Positions 26,201 to 37,122 of a stretch of DNA of 64,000 bases are shown here, piece by piece. The position numbers and the translations under genes are program-made. The DNA is from Pavona decussata. Lineage: Eukaryota. The notes beneath the pieces were generated by a model. The model had not been told where the DNA came from. It ran no database searches and saw only the letters and a list, made by a program, of their open reading frames with translations. The stretch covers positions 4,960,001-5,024,000 of the forward strand of contig CDRNST010000036.1 of NCBI GenBank assembly GCA_977016875.1. The letters run 5' to 3'. Each line of letters begins with the position of its first letter. Positions within the stretch are counted from its first letter, which is position 1.

Positions 26201-29200
26201 TCACGAACGTCTGTGCTAAAGCTCCCTATTATCTTTCTGATCAGGTACGCGTATCACAGTTCCAAGTGGGTAGTGGCAGGAAATGCCGACGCACCAATGC
26301 CGGGCCGCGTGTACATTCATCCTGATTCTCCCGCGCTTGGCGAGGATTGGATGAGACAAGTGGTGTCATTCGACAAAGTTAAACTGACCAATAACGAGCT
26401 TGATCAACAAGGACACGTGAGTAATATTGATGGTTTTCCTATATTGGTAGCTTAAAAGAAAAAAACTGAACTCTAACATTCAGTGTTACATACCTACGAA
26501 AAGTGTCACAATTCCATCAATTCTAGAACGTTGTCGACCTTTTTCTAAAAGTTTTAAAGAGTGAGCAATATAAAAACAAAGTATTCGTACAAAATAGGTT
26601 TTCACAAATCTTCCTTATCACACGAGCTACTGCCAACGTCTTATCCTATAGTTCTAGTTCGTTCGTTCGTTCATTCGTTCGTTCGTTCACTCGTTCATTC
26701 ACTGTTTCATCCACAGTTCAAATGTATGAATTGTTAATTTTTATTCCTGTTCTTTTTGTGTGTAGATTATCCTGCACTCCATGCACAAATATCAGCCCAG
26801 AATCCACATCATAAAGAAGAAAGACCCCTCTGACACAGTAGCTATTGACATGGACAGATCATCTGCATTGAAAAAGACCTTCGTGTTCCCTGACACCATT
26901 TTTACCACAGTAACCGCCTACCAAAATCAACAGGTACCACGTAATTACAAATTTCTTTCCCCTCTGAGGTTTAGATTGAAGACGCCAAAATGCCCTGAAA
27001 AACACGTTGATCTGGTTAAAAGAATATTTGGCAATCGCTGTTGTTGTTTTCGAGATAACGAAGGATTTGTAGTGACCAAGGCCAAGAACTCCTGCAAGTG
27101 TTTGTTATCAACATTAAGACATGAGAAAAATGAGTCTTTTCCTCAAACTAGCTTCAATGCCTGAAGAAGTAGTAATAGAATCTCAAAATAACTTTTTTCG
27201 GAGGCGCTCAACGAAAATATTTAATAAGCAAAATACTTAAAAAGTTGTCTCCTGTGTTCTAAGATTTTGTCTTTTATTTTATTTAGATAAGAACAATTTT
27301 AAGGTTGTATTGAATGATTCACCATTCACAATGACTTTATGGTTTAAACTTTGTGTTACATTAAAACCGAGCCTACAATTGAAAAGAAAACAACAATGAA
27401 TGTACCAGCATGTTCAGTTAACCCGTTTGTGTAGTAGAGTACGGTTACCGCGAATCAGTTCATCAGTGACTCATCGGTAACTTCCAATTTGCAATATATC
27501 AGTCTCTAACAAGGTTTGATCACAGGAGGATGAACGATTTCAACCTCTGTTTTTCCCATCGCATAAATATTGACCTGTGTGTGGGCAGCTACCGTGTAAA
27601 CACGTTTTGCCATATGCTTCTTTATTTACGGAACTTACCGAGGCTTAATGTGGAAATCATCATCTTTACCTCAGTTTACCTTTCGTGTCGCACTTTCCCT
27701 TTTTCCAGCTAAATGACTTCTGGTATTGTCATCAATTACATGTTAAGTTGGTCATTAAAAGTTTCAAAAATGTGGTGAAAGCATTAGAACAACAACTCTA
27801 AGCCAGTCCGACAGGAAGTTTTCCTTTGTAGAGGCGCTAACAGGATGTTTTTATAATTCGCTCTCGGTAAACACATCGCGGTCGGAATCGTTAAAGCTTC
27901 CGACGGCACATTATCGTCTCGTTTACTCGCTGATTAGCTACCTAATCGATATACCGATAGTAAAAACGGTTCCTTTGAACTCGGAAGCGTTTCACATCAG
28001 CTCATTTAATGACCGCAATTAGAACTCATATGCCTGCTCGAGTAACCATCGAAATGTTGTTATGTTAAACGCGAAAGTTTCCTTCAAGAAAACACGCCTC
28101 GACGTTCTGATTGATCTCAATAAATTGGAAAGCGATAGAGCTTCTCTCAGAAAGCCTTTAGTTTTATAAATGTTATAAAATCCGTGTTATAAGAAGCTCT
28201 TTTATGTATTCCTTCTCCTGAAATAGTTTTAAATAACAATATCCCAAATATGCGGGTATTTGTGGGCCAGTTGTACTCATGCGCAATTGTTACAGTCAAA
28301 TTCTCATATGAGTGAACACATTTTTCTTCATCAAAATTAAACACCTATTTCTTTGTTATTAAAGTGGTGTTGTCACAAGAATTTTGCTGTGTTTTGGTCA
28401 AAACTTCCCAGATTTGTGACAAAGTACATTTGTTTAAACATGAAATTGCTCTTAAAGCACCAAGAAGAAAATATCAAATGATTTCTTGAAGAAAGAACAA
28501 GCCATCAGTATTTAGCCATTGTTCCCAGCACAAAAGTGAAACACCTTGAAAAAATTAGCCAGTTATGTCAAATTACAATCCATTTCCATCCAGGCGACAC
28601 ACGGCCAATTAAAAGTTTATACTAGTTCCTGTGTCCTGTGCACTATTGAATCGAAGTAAATTATTTTAACCTTTGCATTATTACAAATACGTTTTCGGTC
28701 ATCCTACGTAACACTAACATTAATTTTCTAGGGTGATTAGGAATGCTCCAAAATTCAGTGAGTCTTTATTATCAAACTGCCAATAGCTTACGAACAGACT
28801 CCCAACTGGGTCACAGGGCGAAGAGAAAAATCCTCGAGATCGCTCTTGGGGCAAGAACCTTAAGTTTCTTCCTTCTCCCATTCTTCGCCGTATATTCCAC
28901 TTGGGAGCCTGTTCACATGCTAGTAATGTGGAGCTTAAGCAACGAGTACGGCGACGGCGACGGCAACGACAACGACAACGCCGAAAGGCAATAGGTTTAA
29001 TGAGCAAAAACAATTGCTCTGTACGTGCGTTCTGAATTTTGGTACATTTCTTTGCCGTCCTCTGCAAAACACCAATGTGAAATGACCACATTTACATGTA
29101 AGGTTTTGTGGAGAACGTGAACACACGACGGTGAATTTTTCATTTTCTTTCTTAACTTGTACGCGACTCCTACTAATTTGGTTGCTGGATAGTTCGCCAT

Positions 29201-32009
29201 TTTTGTAAAAGTTGAGCGAGTTGAAGTAATCGCGAAGTAGCACAAATGAAATAAAGATATATTTTCGGGTGACGTTTTCGTTGCCGTTGCCGTCGTCGTT
29301 GCTTAAGCTCCCTGATCATTGTACTCCAACTCAGAAATGAAACTAGAATGCCGTAATACTGAGACCACGCTCAAAATTTAAACTTGATGCTTTATTTCAG
29401 ATAACTCGGTTGAAGATCGACAGTAATCCCTTTGCAAAAGGATTCAGAGACTCTGGAAGAGTAAGGTTAGTATTAAACTACAAAACATGCGCAGTGCGAT
29501 TTGTCATCCTTACACTCATTAGTCTACCATACATTCTTGTTATTCAACACACTTGTAAAACTGCCCAAATATGGTCATGTACTGAATATTCGTCTTCCAT
29601 AGTCAACAGATATCCTGCGATACACGTTCTAAGTTTCGTATGTCGGGGAGAAAAATTGCAGAATGAAGGTTTTCCCCAGCTTTTCCGGTGTGCAATGAAA
29701 CTGCTTTGTTATCAGTGTCAGTGTTGAATAATAAAACAATTATTCTGCTCAATCTTGCGGAATATTAGCCTCCCACGCAGTCGTTTTTAGGGGAGTCGTA
29801 TTTGTGGGGAGGAGGTAATACGAGTCCCCTAAGAACGACTGCTGAATCATTGGCTTTGACATAAGATTCAAGCAAGTGGACAAAAATCCGAAAGCAGCTT
29901 TTATCAAGGAAACGATTTTGAACTGTGTTTTAACTAAACAGCTTTTAAACGTATTTAAACCTTGGTGTGAATGGGGCATAAGTTGGGGCAAATTGCAAAC
30001 CATTTTGTCGACCAATCACAGGAAAGCGAACATATTTGAAGGATGATTTAACTTGATATATTTCAATACTTCTAAAGTTTGATTTAAACTCTAAAAACAA
30101 CAACGATGAAAAATAAAAAAAACAAACAAACATAAAACCAAACAAAACAATACAAACAAGGCAAATAACATAAATGACTGCGAAGTGTACGAAAAATCAT
30201 ATACTTGAACTACAGATGAAAAACGCATTAATGTGTTAGTCACATAATGGTTTCTTTTTTTCTATAGGACACGTACGAGCTTAAGCTAAAAGTCCTTATC
30301 AAGTTCCAGTTAATAGCCCTTCAATTATACTGAAAATCTCTTTAATATGTCTCACTAATCTCTCTAAATAGGATGTTCACGTTTCCTTTTTGTAGGGTTA
30401 ATGCAATCACAAATATAATATCAGCCGCTTTATGAAGCTGTTTAGAAACTAATCTTTTTAATTTTCAGAGATCCCATGGAAGAGATTATGCAAGCCTATT
30501 CCTCGGCTTACTACCGACCCACGGGAAGAGCTTTGGTCTGCTCGAATTTCGGAAGAGATGAACAACTAAGTCCAGGTAAGTAGGACCAATTTTGCGCTGT
30601 TCAAGCCCAGAAAAACTGGTAAAAATTGCATTAGGCTTTTGTTCATTATGCTCGCATTTTATCTAGCATTTTAGTGTCTTATAAAAGTATAAGTATATTT
30701 AAGACAATATGGAAGTTAGAAGTCGATAAGGATTTTTAAAATTCAAACGCCATGTATTATGCAGTCGAGCTTTAATAGCCTAGTAGAGAATGAGATACAG
30801 GTAAGTGGCATTTTAAAAGTTTGAAGAGTCAAAGACGGTGAAGTTTGGATGATTTTCTGTATTAACTTGTTCGGTCTATTCATTTTACTGGCCGTAAAAT
30901 TAATAGAATGAAAATGTGGGGCTGAGCGTTATGCGAGCATTTTGGTGACTTTTTTTAAAGGGTATACCGAGGATTTCAGTTGGAAAAATGGAGCACCAAA
31001 AGCATTTAAATGTTCAAAAGCCTACAAAAATCGTAGTAAATCTGCCAAATAGCTACTCAAACAACAAATAATAGACTTTACTTTGAGAGGTGAATGTATG
31101 GCATGACCTAAAAAGCGAAAATAGTGCGAATTCAGTTCTTAATCGTACTAATCTGCTATTTACTAATCAGGTTTAAGATATCATAACCGCGTGACGTTGT
31201 TTTAGACGCAAATGATTGAAAGTGCAATAACTTGCTAGCCTTGACTTTTGCTCCACTATCCGAAATCAATTGAGTGATACTCGGAAAGTAACTGATGTTT
31301 CTGTCTGTGGATGAAATCCTTAAGGGTGGGAAACCTAATATAAGCTACTGAGCAGTTCATGCCGACTCTTTATTTTGATTTTTATGGTCTTTTCTCTTTC
31401 TTCTTCCTTTTTTAAATGGCTGGAAGAGGGGTGGGATTTCTGCAACTTAATATTGCGATTTAACACACTCAAATTTTTGAGGGCACAAAAAGTTTGTTGC
31501 TGTAGTGATTTGCACTTCAGATGAAATTTATTTCTGACGTAAATACGAGCCAAATATGACTATGAATATGAAGTGTAGTTAATGAGCCTAACACAGCATT
31601 TGTTTTCACTATCGCAGACCAAGCAACTTGCTCCCAGCACGTGACGGTACCATCTCCTTATCAAAACGTTCCCATCAGTCCCAGCATGCCGCCTCAGACG
31701 CCAACGTGTCATTCAAATACGCCTTTCACCGCCTTTAACGGTCATGCGTGTCTATCTTCCATTCCGCACGGCGCCGTGGTACCCAATCAATATCATATGA
31801 CCCCTTACTGCGCAGCTGCGGATACATACGGGACTTTTAGCCACGTGTTTCATTCAGCGGTGTCGCCGTTTACTCCATGCGCGGTCAATGGTGTAGTCAG
31901 CCAATCAGATACCGTCTTACCCATGAGCCCGATTGTCAGTCATCAGGCGAATGGATTTCAAGGCAACAACTACGTTCCTACGCATGCGTTCACAGCGCAT
32001 ATTGGGTGA
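20129..32009 (+). CDS. Tbx15/18/22: T-box transcription factor, Tbx15/18/22 subfamily; 8 coding exons, 1320 nt, 439 aa
   Basis: Join 20129-20279, 20379-20541, 24422-24523, 26245-26416, 26766-26933, 29401-29465, 30469-30575, 31618-32009. All introns are GT-AG and phases are compatible. T-box [23 protein letters not shown]...[13 protein letters not shown]...[13 protein letters not shown]...[31 protein letters not shown], and the post-box [11 protein letters not shown]...YRP, match TBX15/18/22 better than TBX20. Confidence 0.93.
20379..20541 (+). CDS. Tbx15/18/22: Tbx15/18/22 exon 2
   Basis: Polypyrimidine tract plus TAG acceptor; ...[28 protein letters not shown]; donor AG|GTAGG. Confidence 0.95.
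22301..22705. mobile_element. Degenerate MITE with internal imperfect repeats of about 60 bp (Tc1/mariner-like ends)
   Basis: TA-CAGT...gtcgaacctc start and gaaaggttattg-TA end. Recurrent ccagctacatacaaacactacatt-like motif. Confidence 0.4.
22856..23242. mobile_element. Non-autonomous TTAA-targeting element (Kolobok-like)
   Basis: TTAA-AGGGACAATATCACG...CATGATACTGCCCCT-TTAA: imperfect 15-bp TIRs with a TTAA duplication. Confidence 0.7.
24109..24321. mobile_element. tRNA-derived SINE fragment with inverted 5' duplication (fold-back) and TSD
   Basis: 24108-24278 is an imperfect palindrome around the B-box GGTTCGACTCC. It is flanked by aaagccataatt (24097-24108) and aaagctataatt (24322-24333). 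Confidence 0.8.
24422..24523 (+). CDS. Tbx15/18/22: Tbx15/18/22 exon 3
   Basis: [34 protein letters not shown]; ttttctag acceptor, AG|GTAAA donor. Confidence 0.95.
24613..24922. mobile_element. hAT-type MITE (CAGGG...CCCTG) with poly-G/poly-C subterminal tracts
   Basis: CAGGGCCGTACCTAG...CTATGTACGACCCTG imperfect TIR. No clear TSD. Confidence 0.6.
24992..25320. mobile_element. MITE with long imperfect inverted arms, TTAA ends
   Basis: gcgggaaaagc...atcttagcacggggcattggaatccgaaaataaaattg is inverted to caattttctttttggattccaatagcccttgctaagat...gcttttcccgc. Confidence 0.65.
26004..26227. mobile_element. MITE (AGGGA.CTTAAGCA...TGCTAAAGCTCCCT), possibly PIF/Harbinger-type
   Basis: TIRs include ccacggacggcaaccggaa / ttccggttgccgtccgtgg. 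Ends 17 nt before Tbx exon 4. Confidence 0.8.
26245..26416 (+). CDS. Tbx15/18/22: Tbx15/18/22 exon 4
   Basis: [57 protein letters not shown]; donor |GTGAGT. Confidence 0.96.
26659..26700 (+). repeat. (GTTC/ATTC)n microsatellite
   Basis: ttcgttcgttcgttcattcgttcgttcgttcactcgttcattc. Confidence 0.8.
26766..26933 (+). CDS. Tbx15/18/22: Tbx15/18/22 exon 5
   Basis: [20 protein letters not shown]...[11 protein letters not shown]; TAG acceptor, CAG|GTACC donor. Confidence 0.96.
28783..28922. mobile_element. Short TA-bounded MITE
   Basis: TAGCTTACGAACAGACTCCCAA...TTGGGAGCCTGTTCACATGCTA imperfect TIR. Confidence 0.6.
28928..29313. mobile_element. MITE, same terminal motif as 26004-26227
   Basis: GGAGCTTAAGCAACGA...cggcgacggcaacga at the left end; tcgttgccgttgccgtcgtcgttGCTTAAGCTCCCT at the right end. 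Confidence 0.8.
29401..29465 (+). CDS. Tbx15/18/22: Tbx15/18/22 exon 6
   Basis: [22 protein letters not shown]; the donor AG|GTTAGT at 29465 keeps frame with exon 7. Confidence 0.93.
29766..29842. repeat. Small hairpin MITE fragment
   Basis: gcagtcgtttttaggggagtcgtatt...aatacgagtcccctaagaacgactgc inverted repeat. Confidence 0.6.
30469..30575 (+). CDS. Tbx15/18/22: Tbx15/18/22 exon 7
   Basis: [27 protein letters not shown]..., similar to the TBX15/18 post-T-box segment; ttttcag acceptor, G|GTAAGT donor. Confidence 0.88.
31618..32009 (+). CDS. Tbx15/18/22: Tbx15/18/22 exon 8 (Pro/Ser/His-rich C-terminus)
   Basis: cgcag acceptor in frame with ORF 31641-32009; ends AHIG*. AATAAA at 32281. Confidence 0.88.
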
Positions 32010-32440
32010 TTGCAAAACATTACTGTTGGCTTGCAGTTCGTTAATTTTATCTCGTTCTCGTTACAAAACAATACTGACATCAAACGTTTTACCTAAGGCA
32101 CATGATTATTTTATTGCGAGACTAGTTGTGTAAATAATATGGCATAGTTTTTACCTGTACAGTACAAATGATAGACTCGTGCAGTTAATGAAACCCGGTC
32201 TTGGACGTATTTTCAGTATCACACGTACCAGCACGAATTCATCTGTAAATATGATAGCGATTCTGTCGTGATGCAAGCAAAATAAAATCCTTTTTCTGTT
32301 ATTTATCTTCTTGTTGAAGAGATATGAAATACTTTTCAAAACACAAAAAGCCTATATTAAAATAGCACATACATATTTTATAATTATTATATCACTAATA
32401 CAGAAATCCTCATGAGTAATGCAACAGTCATTTCCAACAA

Positions 32441-32640
32441 TTCAGTAAAAACCAATAATTAACTGTGCTTGCAAGGACCACCGCGACAAAATAGAAGTAC
32501 CAGATCCTGCAGTAGTAAAGGTTCTAATCAACAAAAAATTGTAGAACAAATAATCTGAAAAAGAGCAAGTCTGATTTCACGGCCAGGGGAGTATATTTTT
32601 CCAATATTTCGAGAGGCAAAGGCTTTCTTCTTCAGGGTAT
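32441..32640 (-). mobile_element. Penelope-like pLTR fragment with degenerate minimal hammerhead motif
   Basis: Reverse complement of about 57930-58122. The minus strand reads cc-CTGAAGA-a-gaaagcc-ttt-gcctctc-GAAA-tat-t-gg. Confidence 0.55.
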
Positions 32641-34236
32641 GTTTGAGAGTGGCTCTGTGGCAAAAGGCGTTACAATTTAAATCGATCCTCAACCCCCGCC
32701 CCCCCGACCCCTCACCGTTTTCCCCTTCTTGGCAGTGCCAAGAGGTGAAAATCATGATGCCACCATATTAAAATACCCCTGGGGTTGACTAATGCCCGAG
32801 GAACAATGTGGAAAAATGGTGCAGAACACTTGTTACTAAGTATAAGGACAGAAGAACGTGCAGAAAACTGAAGCATACGCACAAGTTAGAACTAGTAATA
32901 GTAATCACATATTAAAAAGTGCGGTCAACATAAGAGTTTGCATGTTGAAGAGAGGGTGGGTGTGGGTGAACTCTTCACGTGAAAATGAGGCCAGATTCTT
33001 GCATCAATACGAGGTAAATTTGCGCGACAGAGAAACAAAATGGCTGCATGCATTTGCACAGGCAGCCAACGCAAACACAAAATTAGACTTGCGGTCTCCT
33101 ATCGTCGACCGCGATAAGGTTTTCTTATCCTTATGCTTATGTCGCAGGTGTTCTCACTTGCTTAAGCGGCGTCTGTGCTTATGCTTGTGTTCATGTTAGA
33201 AAATTAAATATAATGAAGGCTTCAACGTTAATAGAAACTATATCCTTGGATTTTTTTTAAATTTATGACTGATATAAGTGGGTCGCCATTTCACTTAAGA
33301 TTTGTTTAGAACAGAAGTCAGAACATGTATAATTACAATTACTGATTGCTTGACTCCATAGGGAAGATTCATTCTTTACGCATAAATAGAGGTAGTCGAA
33401 TTTTTTACAACCATTTTTTTACTCCACTTCCCCTGTCCGATTTCCGCTCTTTTCAGATATACCTCCCCCTTTCCCCAAAAAAATAGAAGAGAAAAGAAAA
33501 AGAAAGGGGAAACGTTAGTCACTTTCCACGTCAAATAAGAGTTCCATGATCAAAATGCATTTTGTTAAGATAGTTGATTAAGTTGTTCAGTAACTTTTTT
33601 GAAATGGCGATTGAATCATTTTGAAAAACTTCTCATAGTTTTTGCATCTTAATTTGTCTATTAAAATTCAAACCATTAGAAAGATTTTGAAGAATATTTA
33701 ATAAAATTGATGAAAAGTTAATAAAGAGGTTTTTGAGATCTTTCATGGTCAACTGTTACCCGGCCGGTCACAGATGCGTTGCAACCTTAAACAGTCCGGG
33801 CCATAAATATTTTGGAATATTTACCCACGCCAGCATAATGAATTGTGTTTCATTGTACCTGTAATAATGTTCCCCATAAAAAATGTTGCGTTTTTGTCCA
33901 TCAGTTTAAATTGCTCACACTTGGCGCGAGTGCAAAGGGACGTCAAGGAACAGAGAAAACAAAATAAAATAAAGCCATAGACGATTTTTTTGTCGCAGTG
34001 TTGTGGGAAAATCAATCCTGAATCGCAATGCGTTGTTAATGTCGAGCTTCCGTGCTCCGTCTCGAATGATTCTATACGAGACTAGCCTGAACAGTGATAG
34101 TCCTCAGTTAGGTTTAAATGTCGGGTATTTCCCAGCACTGTCACATATAGTCGAGATTTTACCATCTAATCCCTCCCCCACCCGCTTAGGGTGGGAGAGT
34201 GATGCTTACATAAGCCATGTGGGGTATGTACCGCCC

Positions 34237-35774
34237 TGTTCTGTCGCACTTTGTAATAATCATCGCACTTTGTAATACCTGTCGCACTTTGTAATAAAAT
34301 TGTCACACTTTGTAATACCTGTCGCACTTTGTAATAACACTTGTCACACTTTGTAATAAAATAGCTATCGCACTTTGTAATAACAAGTTGTCGCACTTTG
34401 TAATAAATGAAGCTGTCGCACTTTGTAATAACAAGTTGTCGCACTTTGTAATAAGCTTTTAAATTACTTTTGAATACGATGTTCGGTGGAAAATAAGTGA
34501 ATTAACTAATCACCCTGGGTACAAATACGTCCTTCTTTTATATTTTACTTTGCACACTACACTCAGGGGATGAAAAAAAAAAAACGCGTTCTCCTCCACG
34601 CTTCTCGCAATTGTTATCTGTCTTGACTACGATGTATCGTGACTTTCTCATCACAAGTAATGACTTTTAAAAATCGGTTTTGTTAAGCCCTCCATTGACT
34701 CGGTACTAGTCTAATTTACCGTGCTAATGACCCTATTGCATATTTAATTTGTAAATGATAGCTTAATTCAGTTGTTAAAAAAGGTATTTATGACGGGGTC
34801 TTAAGATCTTGAATAAAGATTCGAATTTGAAATATAATGGCATCTCCTGCGGATGAAAATAAAAAAAGGCTTGTCTCCGTTGGGTTTTATAGAGGAAGAA
34901 ACTGGAAAGCAACCTGTGATGATGCTCAGGACAGAAGGAGAGATTTGTTGTTCTCTTGCAAATCCCGGGCAAGAAGTTTTCCTCTGCTCCCAACCAAGTG
35001 GTTAAAGACATGCTAGTCTAACTACTATGCATGACCCACACCTCAAAATGACCTCATCGATCTAGGGCAGGAGGCATTTGTACATCTCACAAAATGGTTT
35101 CGACTAATGCTCGATCTTTTTGAAGGTTCTGGTCAGTACTCAGTTCAAGAGGCAAGCATACCTTGATCTGTGTACCACCCTTCTAACAAAGAAACCCGAC
35201 AAAGATGATCTCAAAGATGGACTCCACTTGGTTGAAATCGTGTTGGTTCTTCCTATCTCCGCTGCTCAGCTGGGAAAGGGCATAATCAGCCCAAAATAGA
35301 ATCAAAAATGATTCACATTCCTCCTTTGGTGGAGAAACCCTTGAAGATCTCTGGAGTTATCATTACACTCCATCGTTGCTAAACAAGCTATGTGATCTCC
35401 AAAATAACAATTGGGAGAAGCGTGGAGTAGAACTCATTTGTCTCCTCAGTTAAGTATGTAGAGTAAAATATCAAGGAAGAACGTATTTGTGCCCTGGGGG
35501 ATTAGTTAAGTCATCTATTTTCTACCAAATATCCTATTCAAAGGAAGTTTGAAAGCTTATTACAAAGTGCGACAACTTGTTATTACAAAGTGCGACAGCT
35601 TCATTTATTACAAAGTGCGACAACTTGTTATTACAAAGTGCGACAGCTATTTTATTACAAAGTGTGACAAGTGTTATTACAAAGTGCGACAGGTATTACA
35701 AAGTGTGACAGTTTTATTACAAAGTGCGACAGATATTACAAAGTGCGATGATTATTACAAAGTGCGACAGAACA
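34237..35774 (+). mobile_element. Non-autonomous hAT derivative with 5-bp TSD (hAT5-like), about 400-bp TIRs containing GTCGCACTTTGTAATA arrays
   Basis: CGCCC-TGTTCTGTCGCAC...GTGCGACAGAACA-CGCCC. About ten 16-22-bp subterminal repeats per arm. Internal 35170-35352 reads LHLVEIVLVLPISAAQ/ERA*SAQNRIKND...TLEDL, a frameshifted hAT C-terminal dimerisation motif. Confidence 0.85.
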
Positions 35775-35844
35775 CGCCCCAAGGGGTATGGAGTTGGAGC
35801 TATCTTAGTGAAAAATGGAGTGAACGATTTTTCAGAACTACATT

Positions 35845-36081
35845 CTGGGCCCAGTTGTTCAAAGCCCGATTAAGCTCATCCTGGGTTAACGTGGATCATG
35901 CAATAAAGATTATATTCCCAAAGAATTTTGTACCTCAGTTTGACTTACAGTTTTTTTTTAGCATTAGCTTAAAATTGAAAACCTCGGTTAACTTTTAATC
36001 GTGGCGATTAGCATTGAAAACCTCGGTTAACTCTTAATCGTGGCGATTAGCATTAATCGGCGTTCGAACGACTGAGCCCTG
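35845..36081. mobile_element. MITE family CTGGGCCCAGTTGTTCAAAG...TTCGAACAACCGGGCCCTG, copy 1
   Basis: TIRs; homologous to 41597-41863 and 42043-42292. Internal duplication of about 40 bp (ttgaaaacctcggttaac...gattagcat). Confidence 0.75.
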
Positions 36082-36414
36082 GTTTTCTTATGGTTTTGCT
36101 TTCTGATCGAAAATTGGGAAATTTGGGAGTGATTTTTAAAGGAACCGAGAGCCGATAATGTAAACGTACTGATCTTCTATCGTCTTTACATGAAAATCAC
36201 AACCAAACACTGAAGTAAATGAAATAAATCATTCAACATTATCAAACGCGCAGGAATCATTTCAGATGCGCAAATGTCAGCTCTGACTGAATGGATGTGA
36301 AGGTTTGGAGAACCGAGGAGAGAGGAGTGGGTGCACATCCGCACCACAAATTAACATTGTTCCACATCAAAATGGCTTTTAAATCATCATGGCACATAAG
36401 GAAAGTTACATGTT

Positions 36415-37122
36415 TCAAGCATTGTTCAGAGCAGTTGAAAGAGTTCCTCTATTCCACCGCGCTGTTGGCGTTGTCGTTCTGTCGGCATTTTTTCGCGTTT
36501 CCTCGACGCATAGTTGCAACCCTGGAAGATGACAATGCGAAGAGTCACTGATCCGTACGCTTTCCAGTCCACAAAAAGCTTTGAGTTGATGATTCATCTT
36601 CTTTACCTCCCCCCTGAACTCGTTATTCAACAGAATATGGCAAAATGGGTTAGTCAGTGAATACGTGATCATCGCGCAGAATACTATCATTCCTTCCGGG
36701 GTGAGTGGACTTGCAGAACTCACTTCTCCGGTGATAGACGCAATGCTGTTATGGTAAAACGGTAACAGGCAACCCAGGAAGAATAATACCTCTATCACAA
36801 GGATGCGCGCAGCTCGTAGGTTCCTGCGGTGGCGGTTTTGAGAGCTCTGGGAAACATCTGCTGGGTTTATGACAGCATCTCTTCGCAATTTTATGATGAT
36901 CTTTATGTACGCTACCGTGAATGCTGCTCCCGGAAGCCACTGGAGACCTACGAGAAGCATTAGAAGTGCACTTGTCTTCCAGGTCTTCTCCGAGTAAGGA
37001 CCACACTGTAGACGGCCCTTGTTGTCCTCCTTAGTTTGGAGTGTCATAAAAAACCAGATGCTGGCGACGAATCCTAGACACCAAGAAAGAATTACCATGC
37101 ACCTGGCTTGGCGAATTGTCAT
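36415..37122 (-). CDS. GPCR exon 2 (TM4 to C-terminus)
   Basis: Pyrimidine-rich CAG acceptor; four hydrophobic segments TM4-TM7. Confidence 0.9.
   Translation of the reverse strand: MTIRQARCMVILSWCLGFVASIWFFMTLQTKEDNKGRLQCGPYSEKTWKTSALLMLLVGLQWLPGAAFTVAYIKIIIKLRRDAVINPADVSQSSQNRHRRNLRAARILVIEVLFFLGCLLPFYHNSIASITGEVSSASPLTPEGMIVFCAMITYSLTNPFCHILLNNEFRGEVKKMNHQLKAFCGLESVRISDSSHCHLPGLQLCVEETRKNADRTTTPTARWNRGTLSTALNNA

Noticed and set aside
26060-26244. N-terminal part of ORF 26060-26455 as coding
   Set aside because: It is MITE sequence read through in frame; the exon starts at the CAG acceptor (26245).
27160-27192. CTGAAGAAG as another hammerhead core
   Set aside because: No stem II or GAAA follows at the right spacing.
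20129-32009. Calling the T-box gene TBX20
   Set aside because: More diagnostic positions and the post-T-box peptide match Tbx15/18/22; the ambiguity is kept as a finding.
34237-34455. CRISPR-like or coding repeat (YYKVRQ/ITKCD ORFs, also 35549-35998)
   Set aside because: These are subterminal arrays of a transposon TIR with spacers of only a few nt; the ORFs are artefacts.
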